Of a DNA stretch of 64,000 nucleotides, positions 23,519 to 33,900 are shown piece by piece (within the stretch, counting starts at the first letter, position 1; each line of letters begins with the position of its first letter). The DNA is taken from the NCBI RefSeq assembly GCF_988243305.1, contig NZ_OZ547136.1; one strand, written 5' to 3'. A program made the position numbers and the translations under genes. A model generated the notes under the pieces. That model saw only the letters and a program-made list of their open reading frames with translations. It was not told where the DNA came from and did not search any database.

Positions 23519-25336
23519 TCACTCCTGCTGAGACTGAATTATTCCTAGTGCGTCATAAATCAGTCTTCTGCGTAGTTTATTGTTTTTATCTGCACCATAT
23601 AACATAAATATATTTTCAACTTTTTCTTCAGGTGTTCTGAGATAATGGATAAGAAAGGTTATCATTCCAACACAATGGAATAAAGTGAATCCATCAAACA
23701 GGCTTATCAGGTTTCCTTTTTTTTCCCGTGTTGTAAGTATTTTTTCGCGGGTAAGAATATTTGCCAGTTCATGGGGGGCTGATATGTTTCTGCTGTCTAT
23801 AATGTCATTTATTTTACCAAGGGCTATATCAACTTCCTGTAATAGGTTATTTATCATAGCTGAGTGAATGTTATTGGTTTCATGTTCCTGACAGTTTATG
23901 AACTTATAAATCATTGAGTTATACAGAAATATTACTCTTCCTAATAAATATGTGTTTGTGTCATTTTGAAGACAGGACTCTGGGTATTCGTGATCCAGTG
24001 AAATAAGGTTAATGGACTCGCCCTGATAAGTCATAAAATAATTGATGTCATTTAATAATGCTCGGATATTTACATGATTTTTACTGAATTTTATTTTAAA
24101 TGCTATCTTTAGTATAGCAAACGCGGCAATGATAAATCCAAAAGGTAATTTCTCATAGTTCAGTTTATTGATGGTGCGATGAACACTTTCAGTCTTTCCT
24201 GAAGTAAGTTGTCTCAAACAGTTAACAAATTCTGTATAGCCATTTAAGACATAATGGCATGAAGAATCTTTTAAAGAGTTTTCTATGTTTTGTAATGTGA
24301 CGCCGTTGTTCAATGTATAAATGTAACCGCCAAAGACAATGTTTTCAATCTCAACGACACAATTTATTGTTTTTTGTTCAGGATAAAGATAAATATCAGA
24401 AATACTATAGTCTCGTATTGCGTCAATGGCATCCCACGATAATGCACTGTCAATTTTCAGTGTATAAAATGGTGAGTTCTCATTAGGAAAGTAATATATG
24501 TATTTGTTCAGTATATTCATTACATCTATTGGGTTGGTTAAATATAATAACTGGCATTCATATTCTGAAACTTCTCTTTCGCTTATCAGCATTTTATATA
24601 AAGTTGCCAGGGTGCTTGTTAATGAAGTTCGTCTTTCGAAAGCCAGTAATATAGTGAGATAATAACATGCAACCTGAACTTTATCTAAGTCAGAAATTAT
24701 TTTTTCCTTGTCTTCATTACTTAAATAAAGCAGATGTTTACAGGTTTCTTTGCATGTGTTGATAGTTGCGATAAGTTTTGTTTTTCCTGGTGTACTGTTT
24801 TTGCGAATATTACGAATGAATTCATATACGCCATCAAAGATATCTTTGAAATGCGCATTCGCTGGCGTGTATCCGGATAAACATAACTTAACGTAATTTC
24901 GCAGATATGTCCTTGCAGCATGATATATATCATCCTCATTATCCGGTATCTGAGTGAGAAAAGAATGAATATGATAGTAAAATGCCATCTCATTATCCGG
25001 GCGATATGTGTTCCTGATGTCGAGTGCGAGAATCATTGGTACAATGTCATTAAAATATTTTTGTTTTATTATTTGATGTGTTTTGTCTGTAAAAACAGAA
25101 TAGTGCATTAGCTTAACATAGAGATCTTCATATCTCCTAAATATAACTTTTCGTTGTTCTTTACTCAATACTTGTTCTTTATCAATAATGTTTATTAATT
25201 CATCAAACATGTCGCCCAGTGAATGTTGATGTGAGGAAAAATTTTTAATATTTCGGATGTCACGGCTATTCTGGTTTTTAGCCAGAACACCAAAACATGA
25301 AAAGACATCATACATTATAGTGATAAAATTATACAT
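23519..25336 (-). CDS. hypothetical 605-aa protein, low-GC orphan
   Basis: Long uninterrupted ORF in a strikingly AT-rich segment. I recognise no domain. Has one or two hydrophobic segments (LPFGFIIAAFAILKIAF, FTLFHCVGMITFLIHYL). Confidence 0.6.
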   Translation of the reverse strand: MYNFITIMYDVFSCFGVLAKNQNSRDIRNIKNFSSHQHSLGDMFDELINIIDKEQVLSKEQRKVIFRRYEDLYVKLMHYSVFTDKTHQIIKQKYFNDIVPMILALDIRNTYRPDNEMAFYYHIHSFLTQIPDNEDDIYHAARTYLRNYVKLCLSGYTPANAHFKDIFDGVYEFIRNIRKNSTPGKTKLIATINTCKETCKHLLYLSNEDKEKIISDLDKVQVACYYLTILLAFERRTSLTSTLATLYKMLISEREVSEYECQLLYLTNPIDVMNILNKYIYYFPNENSPFYTLKIDSALSWDAIDAIRDYSISDIYLYPEQKTINCVVEIENIVFGGYIYTLNNGVTLQNIENSLKDSSCHYVLNGYTEFVNCLRQLTSGKTESVHRTINKLNYEKLPFGFIIAAFAILKIAFKIKFSKNHVNIRALLNDINYFMTYQGESINLISLDHEYPESCLQNDTNTYLLGRVIFLYNSMIYKFINCQEHETNNIHSAMINNLLQEVDIALGKINDIIDSRNISAPHELANILTREKILTTREKKGNLISLFDGFTLFHCVGMITFLIHYLRTPEEKVENIFMLYGADKNNKLRRRLIYDALGIIQSQQE

Positions 25337-25476
25337 AACATTCTCCTTTTATTGCACTATATAAAATTTTAACATTATATCATTTTGCTTTTCTGTTAAC
25401 TGGTTTTCATTTTTGAATCAATATTTTCTGAACAGGGTAATAGTACACGTATTAACAGATTATGTCAGAAGGCCCC

Positions 25477-26239
25477 GGTGATGCCTTCTGACGATAGATT
25501 AATGTTGTATTCTATTGGTATCTGGAGACCATATGGCAACAGTTACAGTATATTCTCCCCGCTGTAATTCCTATAAAGTGTACCGTTATGATCACAGCAC
25601 CTCAGATCATGAGCGTTTCCAGTGCTAATCCTGCAAACGTGTATTTCAACTGAATTACATCTACGAAACCCGAAAACCAGGCATTAAAGAGCAAATTGTT
25701 GAAATGGTTCATAACGGAGCCGGGGGTCGCGATAGCTCCAGAACGCTGAAGGTGGATATCAACACCGTCATTCTCACTTTAAAAAACGCTCACCACGTAA
25801 AGTAACCATATCTCCAGCCGCCAGTGTCGATGTGGCACTTATCTGTGAACTTGATGAACAATGGAGTTTTGTCGAAAACAAAGCTCGTCAGCAGTGGCAC
25901 TGGTACGCGTATAAGACCAAAGCTGACGGTGTGCTGGCTTACACTTTTGGTCCTCGCACTGATGAAACATGCCGTGAGTTGCCGGAATTCCTGAAGCCAT
26001 TCTCCGCAGGCATGATAACCAGAGACAACCGGAGCAGTTATACCAGAGAAATGCCACAGGATAAGCATCTTGTCGGCAAGATATTTACCCGGCGCATTGA
26101 GCGCAACAATCTGACACTTCGTACTCACATCAAACGACCTGCCCGGAAAACGATTTGCTTTTTACGCTCCCTGGAAATTCACGAAAAGCCATTGGTTCAT
26201 TTATCGAAAACACATGTACTACTGACAGGAGTCATTACC
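25477..26239 (+). mobile_element. divergent IS1-family element, decayed
   Basis: Left end ggtgatgcc... resembles the IS1 IR, and the right end ...gtcattacc is a partial match. InsA-like frame MATVTVYSPRCNSYKVYRYDHSTSDHERFQC*SCKRVFQL... carries an in-frame stop. InsB-like ORF 25832.. (ICELDEQWSFVENKARQQWHWYAY...RIERNNLTLRTHIKR). Length ~763 bp. Confidence 0.65.
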
Positions 26240-26435
26240 AGGGCCTCTTTTGCTGTTTTTTTGCCATGAATGATAATGAGAATCGACAGCGATAAGGGAA
26301 AAGTAAAATAACACTAATGCTGTCGTTTTCTATCATATTGATTTTTAATTATTTATTGTCTTTTTTCTCAACCCATTTTTTTACGCAGACAAATTTACCC
26401 GGGGAATACAAACTGTAACGACAGTTCACCACACT

Positions 26436-26744
26436 ATGGGGGATAAAATGCCAGATCAATCCGGACACTGCAGGACTCCTTCACGCATCTTACGGATGCC
26501 TGAACTGAGCCAATTGTTAGGTATATCTCGTTCGACAATTTACGAAAAAATGAATCCGTTATCGAAATACTACGATGCAACCTTCCCCAGGCCGGTACGT
26601 CTTGGTAGTGGTTCTGTGGGCTGGCGTTCATCAGCTATTGACGAATGGCTTACTTTACATACTGTACCTGCCAGATCAGCAGTCAAAGGTGTTAATGACG
26701 AAGTGAGACATACGCTTTCTTCAGATATGACCATGAGCAGATAA
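26436..26744 (+). CDS. alpA: AlpA-family (MerR-like HTH) phage/island transcriptional regulator
   Basis: RILRMPELSQLLGISRSTIYEKMNP...YDATFPRPVRLGSGSVGWRSSAIDEWL matches the AlpA/Prophage CP4-57 regulatory family pattern. Confidence 0.8.
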   Translation: MGDKMPDQSGHCRTPSRILRMPELSQLLGISRSTIYEKMNPLSKYYDATFPRPVRLGSGSVGWRSSAIDEWLTLHTVPARSAVKGVNDEVRHTLSSDMTMSR

Positions 26745-26851
26745 GTTTTTGTCATCACGTGATCACCTCAGGAGGAAAAAGAAGCATAAGAACAATTTAG
26801 CCAGAAGTTTAATTGATAAACAAAATTTCCAGCATTCATTGTTGAAAGAGC

Positions 26852-26905
26852 AGCTATTGTCGCTATTGTCGCTATTGTCGCTATTGTCGCTATTGTCGCT
26901 ATTGT
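26852..26905. repeat. six tandem 9-bp units (agctattgt then cgctattgt x5), iteron-like
   Basis: Directly readable perfect tandem array. A 2-unit version of the same motif recurs at 27353..27390 upstream of the DUF3987 gene. Confidence 0.9.
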
Positions 26906-26937
26906 AGCGGTAATTGCTGCTATAACCGAAACGTATT

Positions 26938-27204
26938 ATGAAAAAGGAAGCATTTATGCCTTACATCAAACCGGATATGCCGTATTCAGTATATGCATGA
27001 CCATCAATGATAGGGAAGGCAATAATTAAAGCTCAATACAATAAACAAGTACCTCTGACTCTGGTTGCAATGTCAGTATTAACAGCGATGTCAATTGCCT
27101 GTCAGAATCAGGTTGACGTATGCAGTCCCGGAAATTTACGTGGGGCCGTTAATATTTACACTATGGTTCTGGAGAAAGGGAAAAGACCGGGGGAAAGGTA
27201 TTAG
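26938..27204 (+). pseudogene. truncated, frameshifted duplicate of the 5' end of the DUF3987 gene
   Basis: MKKEAFMPYIKPDMPYSVYA* followed by ...AIIKAQYNKQVPLTLVAMSVLTAMSIACQNQVDVCSPGNLRGAVNIYTMVL... This parallels MKREAFMCLLAPENPYPIYALPPLVRNAIIETQKNTQAPLAMVATSALTAISIACQNQIDVCRPGNLHGPVNLYSLIL of the downstream gene. Confidence 0.6.
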
Positions 27205-27404
27205 TGAAATAATTTCCGGAGGTATTAAGAATGAGAAATATGAATGATATTTCGTGGTGAATAATACAGTCTTCACTGAATTAACCTTATCGGTTTATTA
27301 AACATCAGATCTACAAATGCTCTGTATTTCTCAGAGCATCAGGTCTGAATAGCAGCTATTTTCGCTATTGTAGCGGGATTTGCTGCTATTTTACTAACCC
27401 ATTA

Positions 27405-28856
27405 ATGAAAAGAGAGGCTTTTATGTGCTTACTTGCACCAGAAAATCCTTATCCGATATATGCACTACCACCGCTGGTGAGAAATGCAATAATTGAAACT
27501 CAAAAAAATACACAGGCACCTTTGGCTATGGTGGCAACATCCGCATTAACAGCGATCTCAATTGCCTGTCAGAATCAGATTGACGTGTGCAGACCTGGAA
27601 ATTTACATGGGCCTGTTAATCTTTACTCTCTGATTCTGGCTGATTCCGGTGAAAGGAAAACGACCGTGGATAAAGTGTTTATGAAAGCATTTTATCTCAG
27701 GGATGAAGCCCTGGCGGATGAATACGCGAAACTGGTTGAGAATTACAGTACAGAAAAGGAAATATGGGAGCAAAAACAAAAAGCGCTGGAATCAAAATTT
27801 CATAAAGAGATTCGTGCCGGTAAAGATTACAAGGCAACAGAATCAGAGCTTGAAACGCATCTGAATAAACCTCCTGTTCCGCCGCAGATACGTCGAACAA
27901 TTTTTAATGAGACAACGATAGAGGGAATGTTAAAATATTACTCCGATAGCAATCGCTCTTTTGCTCTTGTATCCAGTGAAGGGGGGGTAATTTTTGACAG
28001 CCGGGCCATGAGTAAACTGGGAATTATTAACACTTTGTGGGATGGAGGTTCTCTTTTCATCGACAGGAAATCATCTCCCGGAATTAATTTGAAGGAGCCA
28101 AGACTGACGATATCGGTGATGATTCAGCCTGATGTTTACCACAAAGGTTTTTGTACGCGAAAAAAAGAAATTGTGAAAACGTCAGGACATCATGCAAGGT
28201 TTTTGATGTGTCAACCAACATCAACGCAGGGGACAAGGATAATAACCGGAGATAATTATTCATCACAGTATCAGGATTTGTTTGAAGAGAGGATCAATGA
28301 GCTTATTGATGAAAGTCTGGCGATGAGTGGTGAACGACGTTGCCTTCACTTTTCTCCTCAGGCTGCCAGAATCTGGACGGATTATTACAATGATGTGGAA
28401 TCGAAGCTGGGGGGATTGGGGCCTTTAAGACATTGCCGGGAATATGCTGCTAAAAATGCAGAGTATATGGCAAGACTGGCAGGACTTATTTACCATTCGA
28501 GCGGTGAAGAGGGGGAGATTTCCCCTTACACTGCAGAAATGGCGAGAGAATTAGCAATATGGTACGGTAATGAGTATGTGCGGTTGTCTAATCCGTTAAC
28601 TTTTGACAACTCTGCCCTGACCGTACCTGTGCGACTCATTCCAGAGGAGCTTGAACTTTTCAACTGGATAAAAAGCTATTGTATTGAGAAGGGGATCCTC
28701 TGTATGAAAAAAAATGACATTTTACAGCGTGGTCCGAACCGTTTCCGGAAAAAGGATAAAATCAACTGGTTACTGGATTTACTGTATGAACAAAACAGAG
28801 TTGTACCGGTTATTGAGGGAAAAACGTTGTGTGTCGCACCTAACTTTGACCTCTGA
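27405..28856 (+). CDS. DUF3987 / YfjI-like protein (P4-alpha-related replication/helicase-loader-like island backbone protein)
   Basis: 483-aa ORF. N-terminal YPIYALPPLVRNAI...APLAMVATSALTAISIACQ...SGERKTTVD is the typical DUF3987 signature. Same position as yfjI in CP4-57. Confidence 0.75.
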   Translation: MKREAFMCLLAPENPYPIYALPPLVRNAIIETQKNTQAPLAMVATSALTAISIACQNQIDVCRPGNLHGPVNLYSLILADSGERKTTVDKVFMKAFYLRDEALADEYAKLVENYSTEKEIWEQKQKALESKFHKEIRAGKDYKATESELETHLNKPPVPPQIRRTIFNETTIEGMLKYYSDSNRSFALVSSEGGVIFDSRAMSKLGIINTLWDGGSLFIDRKSSPGINLKEPRLTISVMIQPDVYHKGFCTRKKEIVKTSGHHARFLMCQPTSTQGTRIITGDNYSSQYQDLFEERINELIDESLAMSGERRCLHFSPQAARIWTDYYNDVESKLGGLGPLRHCREYAAKNAEYMARLAGLIYHSSGEEGEISPYTAEMARELAIWYGNEYVRLSNPLTFDNSALTVPVRLIPEELELFNWIKSYCIEKGILCMKKNDILQRGPNRFRKKDKINWLLDLLYEQNRVVPVIEGKTLCVAPNFDL

Positions 28857-29676
28857 ACGACTTAATCGTTGAGTACATATAGTCTCCTCTGCTACTTGCG
28901 GAGGAGACTAATGTCTTTACCATGTCAGCGTTGTATTAGAAAACTCTGGTACAGGTCAGTCAGTAAATATAACTGGTGTAACCACTATTTACTATTGGAT
29001 AGAGTGTTGCTCAGGATATTGTCGGCTTTAGTCTGAGGTGAGGTGGGGCCTTCATTGTTTTCGTGTTCAATAAATAATTTAGGTTAATTAGTATTATTAG
29101 TGGAAGTTATGTGATCTGTTATGTTGTCTTGTACGCACTTAACACTGGTTACGTACCGGAACACTATTAGAGTATGTTATGGCTCTGTTACAGTTTATAG
29201 GTATGAAAAAATATAATCTTTCCTGTATGAAATAATATTCTTATGGTGTGTGGGGTATGGTCTGTATACCATCATTTTTATGGTGAAGTTAAATATCTGT
29301 AGAGGCCTTAAGCTGGGTCGCTGTTTTTACTTAATGGTACAGAAGTATTAATAGCGGTGTTGCCTGTGGCTACCCGATACTGGCTTTTGTGAATGTCAGA
29401 TTACTTCCTGTAAGTGATTGAATGGTACTTCCTTAAACTCAATTCTATGAGGTGTGTTTTTACCATTGTAATTCGTACTGGTCCTCAGTTTAAGTGAGTC
29501 TTACTGTACTCTGAAATATTACCTCTTTGGAGTAATGAGGTAATACGAAACAGTTTTATCAGGTTGTCTGTGCTGCTGGTTACCTCGTTTATTAATGCCG
29601 CGGTACGGCGTTTCTGTACTCTCAGTATTTATGTAATTCCACCTTCCTGTAACTTTTATAAAGTAAGGACTATAAA

Positions 29677-30240
29677 ATGTATAATGCTAATCCCAATTAC
29701 GAAATGGACTTCATGATTCTGAAAGACGTGAATGAACACATGGAAGGTCTGTTTCAACGTTTTTCTAAACTGTTACCTTTCAGAATTGATTTTGCCTACA
29801 GGAAAGACACGCCCAGTTTTGGTCATTCCTGTAGGCACAGTATGTGTATTGAAATGCACCGCTTACTTAGTGAAACCCAAACGATGCTGGCGGGATATTA
29901 CTGGGTAATGGAATATACGTCAAACAAGGGACTTCATATTCATTTTATCGGCTACTTGGATGGGCAACGTCACAAGAAATTTTATCGGATATCCAGGCAA
30001 CTGGGAGATATCTGGAGTCGGATCACGGAAGGGGAGGGTTATTTTCACCTGTGCAGTACTAAAGACAAATACTCGGTGCGTATCGATCACGTGATTCACT
30101 ATAGTGATAAGTCTGCGGTAGACGGTTTACGTTACGCCCTTAGCTACCTGGCTAAACAGGATCAGAAAGAACACGGTATTATTCTGGGCCGTAGCAGGCT
30201 TCCCGAAAAAAGCAACCGGGGCCGACCACGACATAACTGA
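29677..30240 (+). CDS. inovirus Gp2-family / YagK-YfjJ-like protein (HUH-type)
   Basis: 187-aa ORF with LLPFRIDFAYRKD and GLHIHFIGYLDG (HUH-like) motifs; same position as yfjJ in CP4-57. Confidence 0.7.
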   Translation: MYNANPNYEMDFMILKDVNEHMEGLFQRFSKLLPFRIDFAYRKDTPSFGHSCRHSMCIEMHRLLSETQTMLAGYYWVMEYTSNKGLHIHFIGYLDGQRHKKFYRISRQLGDIWSRITEGEGYFHLCSTKDKYSVRIDHVIHYSDKSAVDGLRYALSYLAKQDQKEHGIILGRSRLPEKSNRGRPRHN

Positions 30241-30394
30241 ATTACAGTTGTATTAGGTATTAAAATTAAGTTTCTGTAAGTTGTTGGGAGGTGCTTGAGT
30301 TAATAGGCAGAAGAGGGCGGGGCGCTTTGTCATCAGTGTAGGGGACCCGAATTTCTGCCGTGGTACCTCAGTGGATCGGATACAGGTAACGAAT

Positions 30395-30739
30395 ATGGTT
30401 CATAAATCTGACAGTGATGAATTAGCTGCACTGAGGGCAAACATAACTTGAAGCTTATGGGATTGAATGGCGACGTAAACCGCAGAGTCCTGTGCAGTGC
30501 GTTTCCGTATTATCCACGGATGAGAAAGTTGCGTTATTTTGTCGACTGTTTCGCGGGCGTGATGATGTATGGGCCCTTCGATGGGAAAGCAAAACCAGCG
30601 GCAAATCAGGGTACTTGCGGGCCTGTGCTAACGAATGGCAGCCGGGAATAGCGGTAAACTCCGGATAAAATGTGGGGACTGCGCTCACCGTCAGTTGATC
30701 CCTGTATCTGATCTCATCATCTACCACTACACGGTTTAA
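30395..30739 (+). pseudogene. 5' remnant of an archaeo-eukaryotic-primase/helicase-type conflict-system gene (two frameshifts, premature stops)
   Basis: Three frame segments: MVHKSDSDELAALRANIT* / LEAYGIEWRRKPQ...STDEKVALFCRLFRGRDDVWALRWESKTSGKSGYLRACANEWQPG...* / KCGDCAHRQLIPVSDLIIYHYTV*. From memory this matches the conserved N-terminus of that family. Confidence 0.5.
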
Positions 30740-30902
30740 CGGGGCCGCGTCATCTCGGCGTTGCCCGATAAATTCTTTTCTACGTATAATAACCAGAATG
30801 AACGTGTAAAACACCATAGTATTCAGAACTATAAACATCGAAACCTGCCATATTGACCAGAATAAATGACCTTATTTTTACTGAAATTTAAGGAGAACAC
30901 CG

Positions 30903-33900
30903 TTGGAAGTAGAAATGTGGGATGGTGGCTTACAAGAACAGGAAGTATTGGCTATCGAGAAAATAAAAGCTGCTTTTTCAGTCAACGTATCTAAGCCTGA
31001 CAAGCCTTTCCGTAGCGGTTCAATTAGTGAGCAGCTAAAAAGCTATGGTTTTATCGGCAATGAAATGTTCCCTTGGAAAGGTTATGCAGGTTTTCGATTT
31101 GTTGAGGCAAAAAAAGAGGGGGAATTCGATTTAGTTATTGTAACACACTGCAACGTGATCATTGTTGAACTGAAAGACTGGAACCATCAGCCTGTAACCG
31201 CACGCGGAGATACTTGGTTTAAAGGCGATAAGAACATGGGGCGCTCGCCAGTAAGCGTGACTCGTAGCAAAAAATTCATGCTGGACAAAAAACTCAAGCG
31301 TCTGGTAGACCGTTTTACGAACAAAGGCTATATCCCGATTGTTCATTTTTTTGTTGTGATGACCGGCAATGCAGATTTCAGCGCGCTGCCGGAGGAACAA
31401 CGGCGCCATACGATCTCGTTAAAAGATTTCCTGAAGTTTGCCGATCGCGGGAGCTTCAATAACTATTTCAAACCGCACCCAGCTACCAAGGTTCTTAACA
31501 AGGATTTCCATCTTTTCGATGATTTGTTCCTAGGGCCTCAGACGGCACCAAAAGCCTTGAGAGTTAATGGCTATGAAGCTAATGATATGATTTTCGAACA
31601 TCCTAAAAAGGTGTATCGAGAATATCTGGCAAAATCTGAGATATCAACGAACAGCGAAGCGCTACTCAGAGTATGGAATTTTAGAAATATAACGGGAACG
31701 AAAGCGAATACCCCGGAAGGACGAGCTCAGATTGTTTCACGTGAGCGCGAAGTGTTACAGCACATCAATCACCAGAATCGTGACCTGTATAACCACTGTC
31801 TCAGGTCTTTGACGAGTTTTCAGAAAGACGAGGTGACGGCCGAGTATAGCGAAGTCTACGAAGTTCCGCCGGGTCATGTCCGGTTTAATGAGTTTATCGG
31901 AAAATATGGTAAGAACTTTTCTGATATGGACCGCTTGAATGTGGTGAAACTGCTCATTGCAAAGTTTAGTGATCTCCATGAGATGAAAATTGCGCACAGG
32001 GATGTCGCCGATCACAGTCTGTGGATTTCACCTTCAAAAGAAGTTGCTCTTTCGAACTTTATTTCGGCTTACCACCAGCCAGCCGGAACGGTTGGCGATT
32101 ACCGTAAGCTTTTATCCGTAGGTGCAGTCCACGTAAAAGACATGCTTGATAAGGGCGAGCTTACGCCTTTTCAGCAAGATGTTCATACTCTGGGCCTTGT
32201 CGCCTGGCACTTATTTAGCGGTATGCGCATGTCGCCAAAGAGTCTGGAGAAAGTACAGGACAACATGCTAAACAGCCAGCACTGGTATTCATCTGTATTA
32301 CGGGATGCCGTTGCCGCAAAATTCACTTCTGCAACAGAATTCTTTGATGCCCTGAAACAAGCCGAACCTGCTGGCAAGGATATTCCAACATTTGATGATA
32401 CTGAGCTTGACCCTTACCGACATGCTATCAATCACGCTCGTCAATACCCGGAAGACGATGGCTTTCAGTTTCAGGTCGAAACAGTCGACAAAGAAGTCTA
32501 TATCTCGAAAGGAAGGCTCGTGAAGGCTTGGCTGAATGTTGGGGGACAGGGATACGATCCGTCAATTAATTTCCAGGTTCTGAAGTTTTTAAAGCAGGTT
32601 GAGCGGCTTTCTTCAGTTAAAACAACGTATCTACCTCAAATTCGTGAATTCGGTATCGCATCAAAATCATCAAGCCTATATATGGTCACGGATCAGGTAC
32701 AGGGAGAAACCTGGGATAAAATAGCGGTCCCCGATGATGAAAAAATCGACCTCATTGGTAAGTTTGTCGCCGCCGTTGAGCACTTACATGGTCTGGGTGT
32801 TTCTCACGGGGACATCCACCCTGGCAATGTGATATTTGAGACACAGAGCCGTTTGCTTTTTCTCATCGATATCCCCGATTTTTCACCGTCCGGTGACGAA
32901 CCTAAAAATCACAGTTACAGCCCTGAATACATTGATAATTGTACTTCTTTTGAACGTGACAACTATGCAGTGATGAAGATGTCCTGCGAGTTGCTAGGCA
33001 TGTCATGGGGGCTGGAATCAGACATTTATCCGACAATCGCGAATGCTATCCGAGCAGAGCTGGAAGATCCGGTTTTTGGGTTTAAGGATTTAGGCCGCTT
33101 TAAAAAAGCGATAGATAGTAATGACCTGGTGCCAGAACAAGACCTGATAGAGATTACTGCAGGAAATGCCGATGAAATAATCTCTATTCTGCCTGATAAC
33201 GGGCATCTGTATGTCAAAGTTAAGTCAAATCCTAAAGCGCCAGCTGAAGTAAATGTGACTTTCTCTGGGATTGGTGGCAGTTTTACTGCGGTGTTCAACA
33301 AAGATCAGAAGACGCTGGTTCATGGCTTCAGGCCACGGGCTCGCGTCACAATTCGTAAGCAAGATATTGATGAAAGCCAGTTCGAAATTGATACTGGCAT
33401 CAAGATTATTCCCGGCAGTCCGCAGGATCTGTCGGCGTTGACAGTATTGCTTAATGAAGAAGAATCTTTTGCGCGGGCAATCGAGTTGATTGCCGCAACT
33501 GAAGATGTTCAGGTACAAGAGCCACTTACGCTTCAGCTAAAAGATACCTTTGCAAGGCTTGATAAGCAGACGCTTGAACCTTCTTTAAGAGAAGTGCTGG
33601 AAATCCCAACAGTGAAACTGTGGCGCGCCATTCTGGATACTGAAACAGAATCTTATCCAAACATTGAAATCAGCGGTGAAGTGGTCCCGGTTGCAGATGC
33701 TCATGGAGAGCTTCTTCTCCCTTACTCTGCTGATGTTGATCCACTCGGTGCTTTCAGAAGTAGTGATGAAGTCGAAGCCTTACAGGTCGATCAGGAAGGT
33801 GTTGAGCGATTTATTGGTGAAGTGTCACTTAAGAAGTCAGAGCTCAAAGAGATTCGTCTTGTCAAAGTTAGTTCAGCAGCCTTCAAGCTGAAGGATTCTG

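Noticed and set aside
26852-26905. Possibility that the tandem array is a CRISPR or minisatellite-encoded peptide repeat
   Set aside because: The units are only 9 bp and contiguous with no spacers, and there are no cas genes. The region lies between a stop codon and the next start, so it is noncoding. Iteron/operator is the more economical reading.
30448-30838. ORFs 30448..30651 (+, 67 aa) and 30455..30838 (-, 127 aa)
   Set aside because: The family-like sequence lies in other reading frames (segments starting at 30395, 30447 and 30668), broken by frameshifts and stops. The listed ORFs are chance frames over a pseudogene.
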